Shown here piece by piece: positions 11,059-19,876 of a stretch of DNA of 64,000 nucleotides. The DNA is taken from contig CAWJBW010000006.1 in assembly GCA_963841215.1 (NCBI GenBank), positions 83,379 through 147,378 of the forward strand, read 5' to 3'. A model generated the notes under the pieces. That model was not told the origin of the DNA, did no database searches, and saw only the letters and a list, made by a program, of their open reading frames with translations. A program made the translations under genes and the position numbers. The stretch is from an uncultured Actinomycetes bacterium (lineage in GTDB: Bacteria > Actinomycetota > Acidimicrobiia > IMCC26256 > PALSA-610). The first letter of the stretch is position 1. Each line of letters starts with the position of its first letter.

Positions 11059-11544
11059 TCAGCGCGAGCCCGAGCCGGAGTCCTCGTCGTCCGAGCCGCG
11101 GCTCCCGCCGTCCTCCTCCATTGCTTCGAGCGCGGCGACCAGGCGCGCGGCTTCCTCGTCGCTCAGGCGCGCGGCTCGGTGCAGGAGCGTGTACTGGTTC
11201 GGGGGCATCGAGCCGTCGAGGATCGCATCGATCGCGTCGTCGGCCTCACCGGCGTCGCGATCCCACTCGGAGAAGTTGAGCTCATCGCGACCGTTGTCGA
11301 CATCGCGTCGGACCAGCCACGACATCGGTGCAACGTACGAATACGCCGGCCAATCAGTCTCGTTGCTGTGGCAGTCGTAGCACGAGACGCGTGCGATGTC
11401 GGCGCTCACTTGATCCGGCCACGGTGCGTCCTGCACGACCGGCGGGTTCGAGTGCTGCCAGCCGTACGGCACGAACTGGATCGCGACGAAGACGATCCCG
11501 AGCACGAGCGCCGGCCACCGGAGGACTCGCAGGGTCTTGCGCAC
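11059..11544 (-). CDS. heme-binding domain (Haem_bd family) membrane-anchored protein
   Basis: N-terminal TM helix, a CxxCH motif (SCYDCHSNETDWP), and NFSEW and MPPNQY motifs typical of this family. Intact. Confidence 0.8.
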   Translation of the reverse strand: MRKTLRVLRWPALVLGIVFVAIQFVPYGWQHSNPPVVQDAPWPDQVSADIARVSCYDCHSNETDWPAYSYVAPMSWLVRRDVDNGRDELNFSEWDRDAGEADDAIDAILDGSMPPNQYTLLHRAARLSDEEAARLVAALEAMEEDGGSRGSDDEDSGSGSR

Positions 11545-11598
11545 CAGGAGTTGTGCAGATCCGCGCGTCGCCGGACTCGTGTCGCCCGGCTCAGGCGA

Positions 11599-12690
11599 TC
11601 ACCACGCGGCGGCGAGCTCCTGCGCGACGACCGCGGGTGCGAGGTCGCTCGGCACGGGCCGGCCGGCGTGGTCGACGAACGAGGCGAGCACCGGGAAGTG
11701 GCGGCCGGCGATGGTGTCGAACGGCGTCATCTGCTCGGCCGCGGTCCAACGCCCCGACGCGGTCTCCGATGCCGCGAGACGCGTCATCGCATCGCGCAGG
11801 CCGTCGTGCTCGACGATCCACACGTTCGAGTCGCCGGTCGAGACCAGGCCGGGGACCTTCCACCGGTTGGGCGTCTCCGCCCACCCGTAGCCGGGCATCC
11901 AGAGGTCGTGCAGCCAGCCGTCGCCGGTGGGCACCGACACCAACTGCATCCGCTCGCTGTCGTCGCGGTTGCGGACCTGTGGCCACAACCAGACCGCGTC
12001 GTCGACGACCTGATTGAGCACCGGCACCGCGACCATCGTCTCCAGCTCGGCAGGCGCGGCGCGCGGGTACACGTACGACACGAGACGATCGGTGACGCGT
12101 TCCACGGCGACACTGCGGCCGAGCTGGTCGAGACCGCGCTCGATCACCGACCAGCCCGACGCGACCGGCGCGGCCTCGGGTTCGGACCCTTCGAGGATGC
12201 GCGTCACGAGCGCGAAGGACTCCGCGTAGCGTTCGCCGATGTCCATCGACGGGCCGTTCGGCGACGCCGCAGCCGTCTCCGCGAACAGCATCGAGAGTTG
12301 CTGCGCAAGTGCGAAGGAGGGACGTTCGGCCCACGCGAGGAAGTCGCCCATCTCGGCCGCGCCGATCAGCGTGTCGGCGTGCTCGAGGGCCAGGTCCGAA
12401 TGGAGCAGTGCGTACAGCGCGAGCACACCATCGATGTCGAGATGATCGTTCACGACGAGCTCGGCCTCGACGTGATCGGGATCGGCGACGTATCGCAGGC
12501 AGATCTCGGTGGAGCTGTCGGCCTTGTAGCGAGGATCCGTATGGTTCGGTACCCAATGGCTGAGCTCGATGTCGCCGTCACGGCGAACGCGGCCCGCATC
12601 TGCGCCGTCGGCGAAGATGACACGGTCCGCAGACGGGCGCGGATGGTCGGAGCCGACGATGTGGAACCGATCGGTCACGGCGGCGGTCAT
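11599..12690 (-). CDS. conserved hypothetical protein (363 aa)
   Basis: Long intact ORF with normal amino-acid composition. The opposite-strand ORFs here are Arg/Pro-rich junk. I recognise no family. Confidence 0.7.
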   Translation of the reverse strand: MTAAVTDRFHIVGSDHPRPSADRVIFADGADAGRVRRDGDIELSHWVPNHTDPRYKADSSTEICLRYVADPDHVEAELVVNDHLDIDGVLALYALLHSDLALEHADTLIGAAEMGDFLAWAERPSFALAQQLSMLFAETAAASPNGPSMDIGERYAESFALVTRILEGSEPEAAPVASGWSVIERGLDQLGRSVAVERVTDRLVSYVYPRAAPAELETMVAVPVLNQVVDDAVWLWPQVRNRDDSERMQLVSVPTGDGWLHDLWMPGYGWAETPNRWKVPGLVSTGDSNVWIVEHDGLRDAMTRLAASETASGRWTAAEQMTPFDTIAGRHFPVLASFVDHAGRPVPSDLAPAVVAQELAAAW

Positions 12691-12704
12691 GCGGTGAGGC
12701 TAAG

Positions 12705-12764
12705 ACCTCAACCGCACGCCAGGTCAACCGCACCGAGGTCAACCGCCCCGCCAGGTCAACCGGT
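12705..12764. repeat. four direct copies of A(G/C)(G/C)TCAACCG spaced 15-17 nt apart in a divergent promoter region
   Basis: ACCTCAACCGCA at 12705, AGGTCAACCGCA at 12721, AGGTCAACCGCC at 12736, AGGTCAACCGGT at 12753. The last copy is embedded in the palindrome CAACCGGTTG. Confidence 0.6.
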
Positions 12765-12779
12765 TGTGGTGCGCGTACC

Positions 12780-13319
12780 GTGGCCGTCGTGGCGTACCAC
12801 TGCGACGAATGCGACTTCACCTACGACTTGACGTGCGCGCCGGACGCGTCCGCCGAGTGTGTCGCGCGGGCCGGCGACCTCGCCGCGTTGCTCCTGGCCG
12901 AACCGGAGGACGCCGTGCGCCGGAGGCCTCGACCCGAGGTGTGGTCTGCGCTCGAATACGGATGTCACGTCCGGGATGTGCTGCTCGTGCAGCGCGACCG
13001 GGTGCTGTTGGTCCGCCGGGAGGACGATCCGGCGCCCCCGCCGATGGGTCGGGACGAACGAGTCTTTCACGACGGTTACGCCGAGCAGCACCCGGCCGAC
13101 GTCGCTCGCCAGCTCGTCGACGCGGCCTCGCTCTTCGCGCGCGATCTCGATCGGCTCGACCGAGCGTCGTGGCAACGCGGCATCGTCTACAACTATCCGC
13201 CGCCGCCTCGGCGCCGCACCCTCGAGTGGGTGGCCGTACACACCGTCCACGAGCTGCGCCACCACCTGCAGGATGCCCGAGCGTCGGCAACCGGTGAGCG
13301 CGAAAGTACACATGGGTAG
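12780..13319 (+). CDS. DinB-family metal-dependent protein
   Basis: GTG start. WSALEYGCHVRDVLLVQRDRV and HTVHELRHHLQD helices are typical of the DinB superfamily. Intact. Confidence 0.75.
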   Translation: MAVVAYHCDECDFTYDLTCAPDASAECVARAGDLAALLLAEPEDAVRRRPRPEVWSALEYGCHVRDVLLVQRDRVLLVRREDDPAPPPMGRDERVFHDGYAEQHPADVARQLVDAASLFARDLDRLDRASWQRGIVYNYPPPPRRRTLEWVAVHTVHELRHHLQDARASATGERESTHG

Positions 13320-13329
13320 ACCTGCCGCC

Positions 13330-14274
13330 ATGACGCAGCTCCTTCGCGCGCGCGGTATCCGCCAACAGTTCGGCGAACGGGTCGTCCTCGACGGTGTCGA
13401 TCTCGACGTCCCTTCCGGCCGCGTGATCGGGCTGCTCGGACCCAACGGCGCGGGCAAGACGACGTTGATGCGCATCCTCTTCGGCGTCATCGAGCCCGAC
13501 GCGGGCGAAGTGACGTGGGAGGACCGCGCCGCGACGCCGGAGGACCGGCGATCGTGGGGCTACATGCCGCAGGAGCGCGGCCTGTACCCCGACATGCGCG
13601 TCATCGATCTGCTCGTGTGGATCGCGAGGCTGCACGGGCTCGACCGCGCGACGAGCCGCGCCAACTCCGAGCGCTTGCTCGAACAGCTCGGGCTCGGTGA
13701 CCGAGGGCACGACGACGTCAAGGACCTGTCGGGCGGGATGGCCCAGCGCGTGCAGCTCGCGGCGGCGATGGTGCACGAGCCCGATCTGCTCGTGCTCGAC
13801 GAGCCGTTCGCCGGTCTCGATCCGGTGGCGATCGAGTTCTTGTCGAACGTCGTGCGGGAGCACGTCGCCGCCGGACGCAACGTGTTGTTCTCGAGCCATC
13901 AGCTGGATCTCGTCGAGGATCTCTGCGACACGATCACGCTCATCCACCGCGGCGAGGTCGTCCTGCAGGGCGACGTGCGCCAGCTCAAGGCGAACAGCGC
14001 CGAGCGTTACCTGCGGGTGGGAGTGAACGTCGAGCGCGCGTGGCTGTCAGCGTTCGCGGTCGAGATCGCGCGCGCCGACGCGTCCGGGACTCGTGTGCAG
14101 CTGGAGCCCGGAGTCGACGCGGCCGCGGTGCTCGACGCGATTCGTGCGCACGTGCGAGTCGAGGACTTCGCCGTGGAGGCCCCGACCCTGTCGGAGCTGT
14201 TCCTCGCGGCGGCGGGTGAGTCGGTGCACACGGTCGAGGACGAGACGCCGGAGCGCTGGGAGGAGTCGGCATGA
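13330..14274 (+). CDS. ABC-2 type exporter ATP-binding protein (NatA-like)
   Basis: Walker A GPNGAGKTT, Q-loop, signature LSGGMAQRV, Walker B LLVLDEP, H-loop SSHQ. An alternative in-frame ATG lies at 13312. Confidence 0.9.
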   Translation: MTQLLRARGIRQQFGERVVLDGVDLDVPSGRVIGLLGPNGAGKTTLMRILFGVIEPDAGEVTWEDRAATPEDRRSWGYMPQERGLYPDMRVIDLLVWIARLHGLDRATSRANSERLLEQLGLGDRGHDDVKDLSGGMAQRVQLAAAMVHEPDLLVLDEPFAGLDPVAIEFLSNVVREHVAAGRNVLFSSHQLDLVEDLCDTITLIHRGEVVLQGDVRQLKANSAERYLRVGVNVERAWLSAFAVEIARADASGTRVQLEPGVDAAAVLDAIRAHVRVEDFAVEAPTLSELFLAAAGESVHTVEDETPERWEESA

Positions 14275-15418
14275 GCGCGCTCGCGCTGACCGCCGGCGCG
14301 GGAGATCCGCGAGACGATGCGGCACCGGACGTTCTGGATCGTCAATGCCGTGCTGTTCTCGGGCGCGCTCGCGGCGGTGGTCCTTCCGTCGGTCATCAGC
14401 TCGGGGAGCGACACCGACGTGGTCGCGGTGGTCGCCGCGCCGCCGGAGTTTCGCGACGCACTCGAACAGGCACGGTCGGGTGACGATGTGCAGGTCCGCT
14501 TCGTCGACGTCAACGAACGCGCCGCCGCCCGCCGCCAGGTCGACGACGGCGATGCCGACATCGCAGTCATCGGCGGCGAGCCGCCCTCGATCGTGGTTAC
14601 GGCGGGTGAGCACCCGAGCCTCGTCGGGGCCGCGCAACAGGCACTCGCGAGCAGCGAGGTGCAGGCGAACCTGCGCGCCGCGGGACTTTCCGACGACGAA
14701 GCGACGGCGGTGCTCGACGTGCGCGCCGCACCGATCGACGAGCTCGACGAGGACGCGAGCGCGCGTCGGGGCGCGGCCCTGATCGCGGCGACCGTGCTCT
14801 ACGTGCTGCTGTTGACCCTCACCATCTCGGTCGCGAACGGTGTCGCGATCGAGAAAGCGAACCGCATCAGCGAAGTGCTGCTCGCGATCGTGCCGCCGCG
14901 TCCGCTGTTGTTCGGCAAGGTGATCGGCGTCGGGATCATGGGCTTCGCGACCCTGCTGTTCGGTCTGATCCCGATCGCGATGCAGGCTCGTGCTGGGCGG
15001 CGACATGCCGGACGGCATGGCCGGCACGCTCCTGTCGGGCGCGGCGTGGTTCGCGCTCGGCCTCGCCTTCTACCTCGTGATCGGCGGTTCGCTCGCGGCG
15101 CTGGTCGAACGCCAGGAACAAGCCGGCTCCGCGATGTCGCCGCTGATGGCTGCGCTCATCGGATCCTTGCTCGTCTCGCAGAGCGCCCCGGAGACCGGCC
15201 TGGCGACCGTGCTCGCGTACATCCCGTTCAGCTCACCCGTCGTCGAGCCCACCCGCATCGCCGTCGGCGCCTCGTCGCCGCTCGAGATGGCGCTCTCGCT
15301 TTCGATCCTCGTCGTCTCCGTCTTCGTCGCGGTACGTGTCGGCGGCGTCGTGTACCAACGGGCGATCGTCCGCACCGGCCGCCGCCTCAAGCTGCGTGAA
15401 GTGCTCCGCACCGCGTAA
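14271..15418 (+). CDS. ABC-2 type exporter permease (NatB-like); frame breaks near 14295 and 14985
   Basis: ATG at 14271 overlaps the ATPase stop (ATGA). The AREIRETMRHRTFWIV N-terminal motif is in the next frame. The C-terminal helices are in ORF 14990..15418. Confidence 0.8.
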
Positions 15419-15480
15419 CGCCGGCAGCCGAGGAAACTTGGTGTGGACCGAGGACGCCGGTACCATGGAATCTCCACCGA

Positions 15481-15554
<74 letters not shown>

Positions 15555-15572
15555 CTACAAGAACCGCAGGTC

Positions 15573-15600
15573 AGGGCCGGTCTCTCGGGACCGGCCCTTT
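15573..15600 (+). terminator. stem-loop after the tRNA (10-bp stem AGGGCCGGTC/GACCGGCCCT followed by TTT)
   Basis: Perfect inverted repeat 15573-15582 / 15589-15598 with a 6-nt loop, followed by TTT. Confidence 0.5.
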
Positions 15601-15677
15601 GCGCGACCGGGCCGACTTTCTAGCTCTAGAGCTCCGCAGACAGCTGATCAGCAACCCGGCCTACATTCCTGTTTCGG

Positions 15678-18537
15678 ATGCAGGATCTCTTTGTTGGGCG
15701 GGGCCAGGAGCTCGGACTGCTGCAGGACGCGGGAACCGCGGCGGCGGGCGGGCGCGGCGGGTTGGTGCTGCTCGGCGGCGAACCGGGCATGGGCGAGTCG
15801 CGCCTCGCTGACGAGAACGCGACGCCGCGTCGCGTCTGAGGGAGCGCTGGTCGCGTGGGGTCGCTGCTGGGAGCTGGGTGGCGCGCCCGCCTACTGGCCG
15901 TGGACCGCGGCATTGCGCGATGTGATTGCGCAACGGTCTGCGGCCGGCGCGGACGAGCTGGGCCAACTGCTTCCCGAACTCCAGCAGCCTGCAGTGGAGT
16001 CCGCCTCGGAGCACGCAGAGTCCGCCCGCTTCCGCTTGTTCGAAGCGGTCGTGCAGTTCCTGCGCCTGACGTCGACCGAACATCCGGTCGTGGTCGTGCT
16101 CGAGGATCTTCACGCCGCCGACGAACCCTCGCTCCTGCTGTTGCAATACGTCGCGCGCGCCGCCGTGGGTCTGCGTGTTCTCTTTGTCGCGACGTATCGC
16201 GATATCGAGCTCGGCGCCGGCAGCGCGTTCACGACCGCCATGTCGGAGCTGATGCGCGAACGCGTGACGACTCGGATCGTTCTCACCGGACTCGGCACGC
16301 GCGACGTCGGCGAGATGATCGCGGCAGCGACGGGCGTGGCCGCGGCGGAGCATGTGATCGAGCGCGTGTGCTCACATACCGAAGGCAACCCGCTCTACGT
16401 CCGTGAGATCGCACGCTTGCTCACGACCGATGGTCGCTTGCCCGAGGTCGGCGACCGGCTCGCGGTGCCGCGCGACGTTCGTGAGATCGTGCTCGGCCGG
16501 ACCCGGCGACTGCCCGACGAATGTGGCGCGGTCTTGACCCTTGCGGCCGTGATGGGTCGCGATTTCCCGTTGGACCTGATGACCTACATGCGCGGCGCGG
16601 ACGTCGTCGAGCGGCTCGAGCCCGCGATCCAAGCCGGTCTCATCATCTCGGGCACGCCGGGTGAATTGCGATTCTCGCATGCCGTCGTTTCCGAGGCGCT
16701 GTACGACGCGACGCCACCGGCGCAGCGCATGCAGCTGCACTACGAGATCGCCGAGACGATGGAGAAGCACCACGTGGCGATCGCCGCGCACCGGGCATCC
16801 ATCGCGCACCACTACTTGTTGGCGTTGCCGCTCGCGCCGGCGGAGAAGGCGGTGGATGCTGCACGCGAGGCAGCACGGGCCGCCGTGGCGCGGCTGGCCT
16901 ACGAGGAAGGTGCGCGCTTGTACCGCAGCGCGATCGAGGCGTCGCGTGCACTCGATGACGAGCGTGTCTATGTCGAGTTGCTGCTCGCGCTCGGCGACGC
17001 ACTCAGCCGGGCTGGTGCCACCGAAGACTCGAAGTCGGCATTCCTCGAGGCGAGCGACCGATTACGGACATTGGACGAGCCGGAACTCTTCGGGCAGGCC
17101 GCGTTGGGATATGGCGGGTCCTTCGTGTGGTTGCGCGCCGGTGACGACACGCGGATCGTGCCGCTGCTTCACGAGGCGATAGACCGGCTCCCGGACACCG
17201 ACAGCCCGCTGCGCGTGCGGTTGCTCGCGCGACTTTCAGGTGCGATGCGCGACGACGTCTCCAAGGCCACGCGGGATGTGCTCAGTCGCGAAGCGGTCGA
17301 AGCGGCGCAGCGTATGAACGACGCGAACTTGCTCGCATACGTGCTCCCCGGACGCTGGTGCGCGATCTGGGGACCGGACCGCGCCGACGAACTTCGCGAG
17401 CTCGCGGCGGCGGCGATCGAGAACGCGGAGCGCTGTCGTGAGCGCGACCGCCTAGGCGACGCGCTGATGGTCAGTGTGCTCACGCACCTGATGCTCGGCG
17501 ACATGGACCACGCGCGCCAGGCGATCGCCGGCTATGTCGATATCGGCGAGGAGCTGAGCCGGCCGTCGATCCAGTGGTACGGAACGGTCATGAGCGGTGT
17601 GCTGCTGCTCTCCGATGGTCGTCTTTCACAAGCGGAGGAGACCATCGAGTTGGCGCGGCGCCTCGGCCGGGACGTGGAGGCGTGGGATTGCGAGGTCTCG
17701 TACCGACTCGCGGTGACGATGCTGCGGTGGGAGCAGGGCCGCCTCGGCGAAGTCGAAGACCTCGTGCGCGAGGCGACGACACGGTTCCCCGGATATCGCG
17801 TGTTCTGATGCATGTATGCGTTGTGCCACCTCGAAGCGGGCCGTTCGACCGAAGCGACGGCACTCGTGCACGAGATCCTGGTGGCCGGCGAGGAAGCACT
17901 GCCGTACAACAACGACTGGCTCGCAGGGATGACATTGCTCGCCGAGGTCGCGTACCGCTTGTCGCTGACCGCGGTTGCATCGTCGATGTACGAGCTGATG
18001 CGACCGTTCAGTCATCTCGTCGGCAACGCGGGCGGCGAGCCCTTCACGGGCTCGATGCACCGACCGCTCGCCCAGATGGCGACCTTGCAAGGCGATCTCG
18101 AACGTGCTCGTGAGCATCACGAGCATGCCCTCGAGGTGCACACGCGCATGCGCAGCGAGCTGTGGATCGCGGACAGCGAGTTCGATCTCGCCGAGGTGCT
18201 GCGGGCGCAGAACGGCCCCGATGATCCGCAGCGCGCCGGGCACCTGTACGCGCGGGCGCTGCACCGGTGTGAGACGTTGGGCATGGCCGCACTGGCCGCG
18301 CGCATCCGCGCCGTGACCTCTCACAACCACGCGCCGAGGGAACGCCCGGGCGGGCTGACCAAGCGCGAGCTCGAGGTGGCCGCCTTGGTGGCGGCCGGCG
18401 CGTCGAACCGGGACATCGCCGACGAACTCGTGATCTCGGAACGCACTGCCGAGAGCCACGTGCAGAACATCCTCACGAAGCTGGGCTTCGGCTCCCGGGC
18501 CCAGATCGTGTCGTGGTACGTAGGCGTACAGCACTGA
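15678..18537 (+). CDS. LAL-type (large ATP-binding LuxR family) regulator: AAA/STAND ATPase, TPR-like repeats, C-terminal LuxR HTH; disrupted in this sequence
   Basis: ATG at 15678 (a 53-codon ORF absent from the track) gives FVGRGQELGLL...LLGGEPGMGESRLADE. Continuity into ORF 15691..17808 (GRCWELGGAPAYWPW, VVVLEDLHAADEPS) needs a frame change near 15805-15835. An in-frame TGA lies at 17806-17808. ORF 17812..18537 ends with LTKRELEVAALVAAGASNRDIADELVISERTAESHVQNILTKLG. Confidence 0.85.
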
Positions 18538-18539
18538 GA

Positions 18540-18560
18540 AGTTCCGTACCGAGTTCCGTA
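18540..18560 (+). promoter_or_regulatory. direct repeat AGTTCCGTA x2 (12-nt period) between the LAL gene and the repeat-peptide gene
   Basis: AGTTCCGTA at 18540-18548 and at 18552-18560. A TTGACC hexamer lies at 18577-18582. The region is AT-richer than its surroundings. Confidence 0.3.
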
Positions 18561-18631
18561 GTCCCCCGGATGTGCGTTGACCTGCATTTTCGTACGTTCA
18601 TCTCGTTCGATTCCCAAGAAGGAGCAACGAG

Positions 18632-18940
18632 ATGACCGCAACGATGCAGCGCCCCGAGATCCGGATCGAAGACCCGGCCCCCACGCCCAAGCGCCGCCGC
18701 ACCGGCCGCGTCCTGCTCGCGGCAAGCGTGTTCGTGCTCGCCGGCGCCACGGTCGCGGTGGTCGGGTCGAACGACCCGTCGTCGAGCGACCCCGCCCCGA
18801 CCGCGGACGTTTCGCAGGACCCGCTCGTCACGCGCTTCGGTGCGAATGACGCGACCGATGCTTCGCAGGACCCGCTCGTCACCCGCTTCGGTGAGTCCCC
18901 GGCGAACCAGGACCCGCTCGTCACCCGCTTCGGCAGCTGA
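18632..18940 (+). CDS. small exported or membrane-anchored protein (102 aa) with three C-terminal QDPLVTRFG repeats; candidate multi-copy peptide precursor
   Basis: AAGGAG at 18619-18624, 7 nt before the ATG. N-terminal KRRRTGR precedes a hydrophobic segment VLLAASVFVLAGATVAVVG. Then SQDPLVTRFG...SQDPLVTRFG...NQDPLVTRFGS-stop. Confidence 0.65.
   Translation: MTATMQRPEIRIEDPAPTPKRRRTGRVLLAASVFVLAGATVAVVGSNDPSSSDPAPTADVSQDPLVTRFGANDATDASQDPLVTRFGESPANQDPLVTRFGS
18812..18933 (+). repeat. three near-identical 26-31 nt DNA repeats encoding the QDPLVTRFG units
   Basis: CAGGACCCGCTCGTCAC(G/C)CGCTTCGG(T/C) starts at 18815, 18866 and 18908. The only differences within the core are synonymous (ACG/ACC Thr, GGT/GGC Gly). 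The spacers differ. Confidence 0.9.
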
Positions 18941-19412
18941 ACCAGCCTCGGCAGTCACTCGCCACTGACCTCCCAACGCCTCTAGCTCGGGTGCTGCGAC
19001 GGGCGCGAGCCGTGGCGCGGCGACGCGCGCGAGCGCTCCCGCAGGACGAGGTCGTTGAGTATGCGTCTGACCGTTGGTATGTCGATCATGAGTGACGTCG
19101 CTCTGCCGCCGGTCTCGTCGGCGAGGATGAAGCCAGCGGTCTCCATCGCTTGACCGGCTCGTAAACCCGGGTGGGAGCTGGGGTGCCTGGATGACAGAGC
19201 CCGGCCCCTCCGGCTCGGGCGAACCGAACGTAGATGCGCGCATTGGTGTCCTTTCGTTGCGACCACTTGGTCGTTGGGGTGTGTGACTCCAAGGCTGAGC
19301 GCAAGCGGGATGACGTCGCGCCGGTAGAAGTCCCTGGTCGGTCCCTGGTCGACGTGGTGGTCGAGCGAGGCCCCGTGCGTGGCCAGGCGACGGAGAGGAG
19401 GTAGCGAGCTGA

Positions 19413-19430
19413 AAGATTCGAAAGAATCTT
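19413..19430. other. hairpin/palindrome AAGATTC-GAAA-GAATCTT in a low-GC stretch upstream of the YciI-sigma operon
   Basis: 7-bp perfect inverted repeat with a GAAA loop. Lies 86 nt upstream of the YciI-like start codon. Confidence 0.4.
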
Positions 19431-19515
19431 GTCTTGGCTGTCGAAACGGGCGGGGCAGCACGACGTCATGGCGTACGGCGACGAGGTCGTACACCAAGCG
19501 CCTGAGGAGGCCCCG

Positions 19516-19872
19516 ATGAAGTACATGCTGCTGCTCCGCCACGCTCCCGACGCCGGTCCGGCCGAGGGCACCCCCGAGTTCGACGCCGAGATGGCGAAGT
19601 GGGGCGAGCTCATGGGCGAGCTCGGCGGCTCCGGCGCGATGATCGCCGCCCACGGCCTCGACACCGAGGCCACCGCCACCACCGTCCGCGTCCGTGACGA
19701 CGAGCCGCTGATCACCGACGGCCCCTTCGCCGAGACCAAGGAGTCGTTCTTCAGCTACATCATCATCGACGTCGCTGACCTCGACGCCGCGCTCGGCTGG
19801 GCCAAGCGGATGCCGAACGTGACCTACGGATCCGTCGAGGTCCGCCCCCTGTCGAGCCACGAGCAGGACTGA
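19516..19872 (+). CDS. YciI-like (YCII/DGPF domain) protein
   Basis: GAGGAGG lies 5 nt before the ATG at 19516. MKYMLLLRH...ITDGPFAETKESFFSYIIIDVADLDAAL is typical of YCII. Confidence 0.85.
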   Translation: MKYMLLLRHAPDAGPAEGTPEFDAEMAKWGELMGELGGSGAMIAAHGLDTEATATTVRVRDDEPLITDGPFAETKESFFSYIIIDVADLDAALGWAKRMPNVTYGSVEVRPLSSHEQD

Positions 19873-19876
19873 GCGC

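Noticed and set aside
17806-17808. In-frame TGA in the LAL regulator read as selenocysteine or programmed readthrough.
   Set aside because: I noticed no SECIS-like hairpin immediately downstream, and the position is a repeat-helix residue rather than a redox site. Given the many other disruptions, a nonsense mutation or a base error is far more likely.
18812-18940. Resemblance of the Gln...Arg-Phe-Gly units to animal pGlu/RFamide neuropeptide precursors (N-terminal Gln, C-terminal Gly as amide donor).
   Set aside because: This is a curiosity only. I know of no bacterial amidating machinery, none is encoded nearby, and such a short pattern can arise by chance.
15555-19515. Integrated mobile element at the tRNA-fMet gene.
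   Set aside because: I could find no integrase, excisionase or transposase, and no duplicated tRNA 3' end. It is retained only as a low-interest hypothesis.
19429-19515. Long N-terminal extension of the YciI-like gene, using the track start at 19429.
   Set aside because: The ATG at 19516 has a strong GAGGAGG site and gives the canonical MKYMLLL YCII N-terminus. The extension has no family support.
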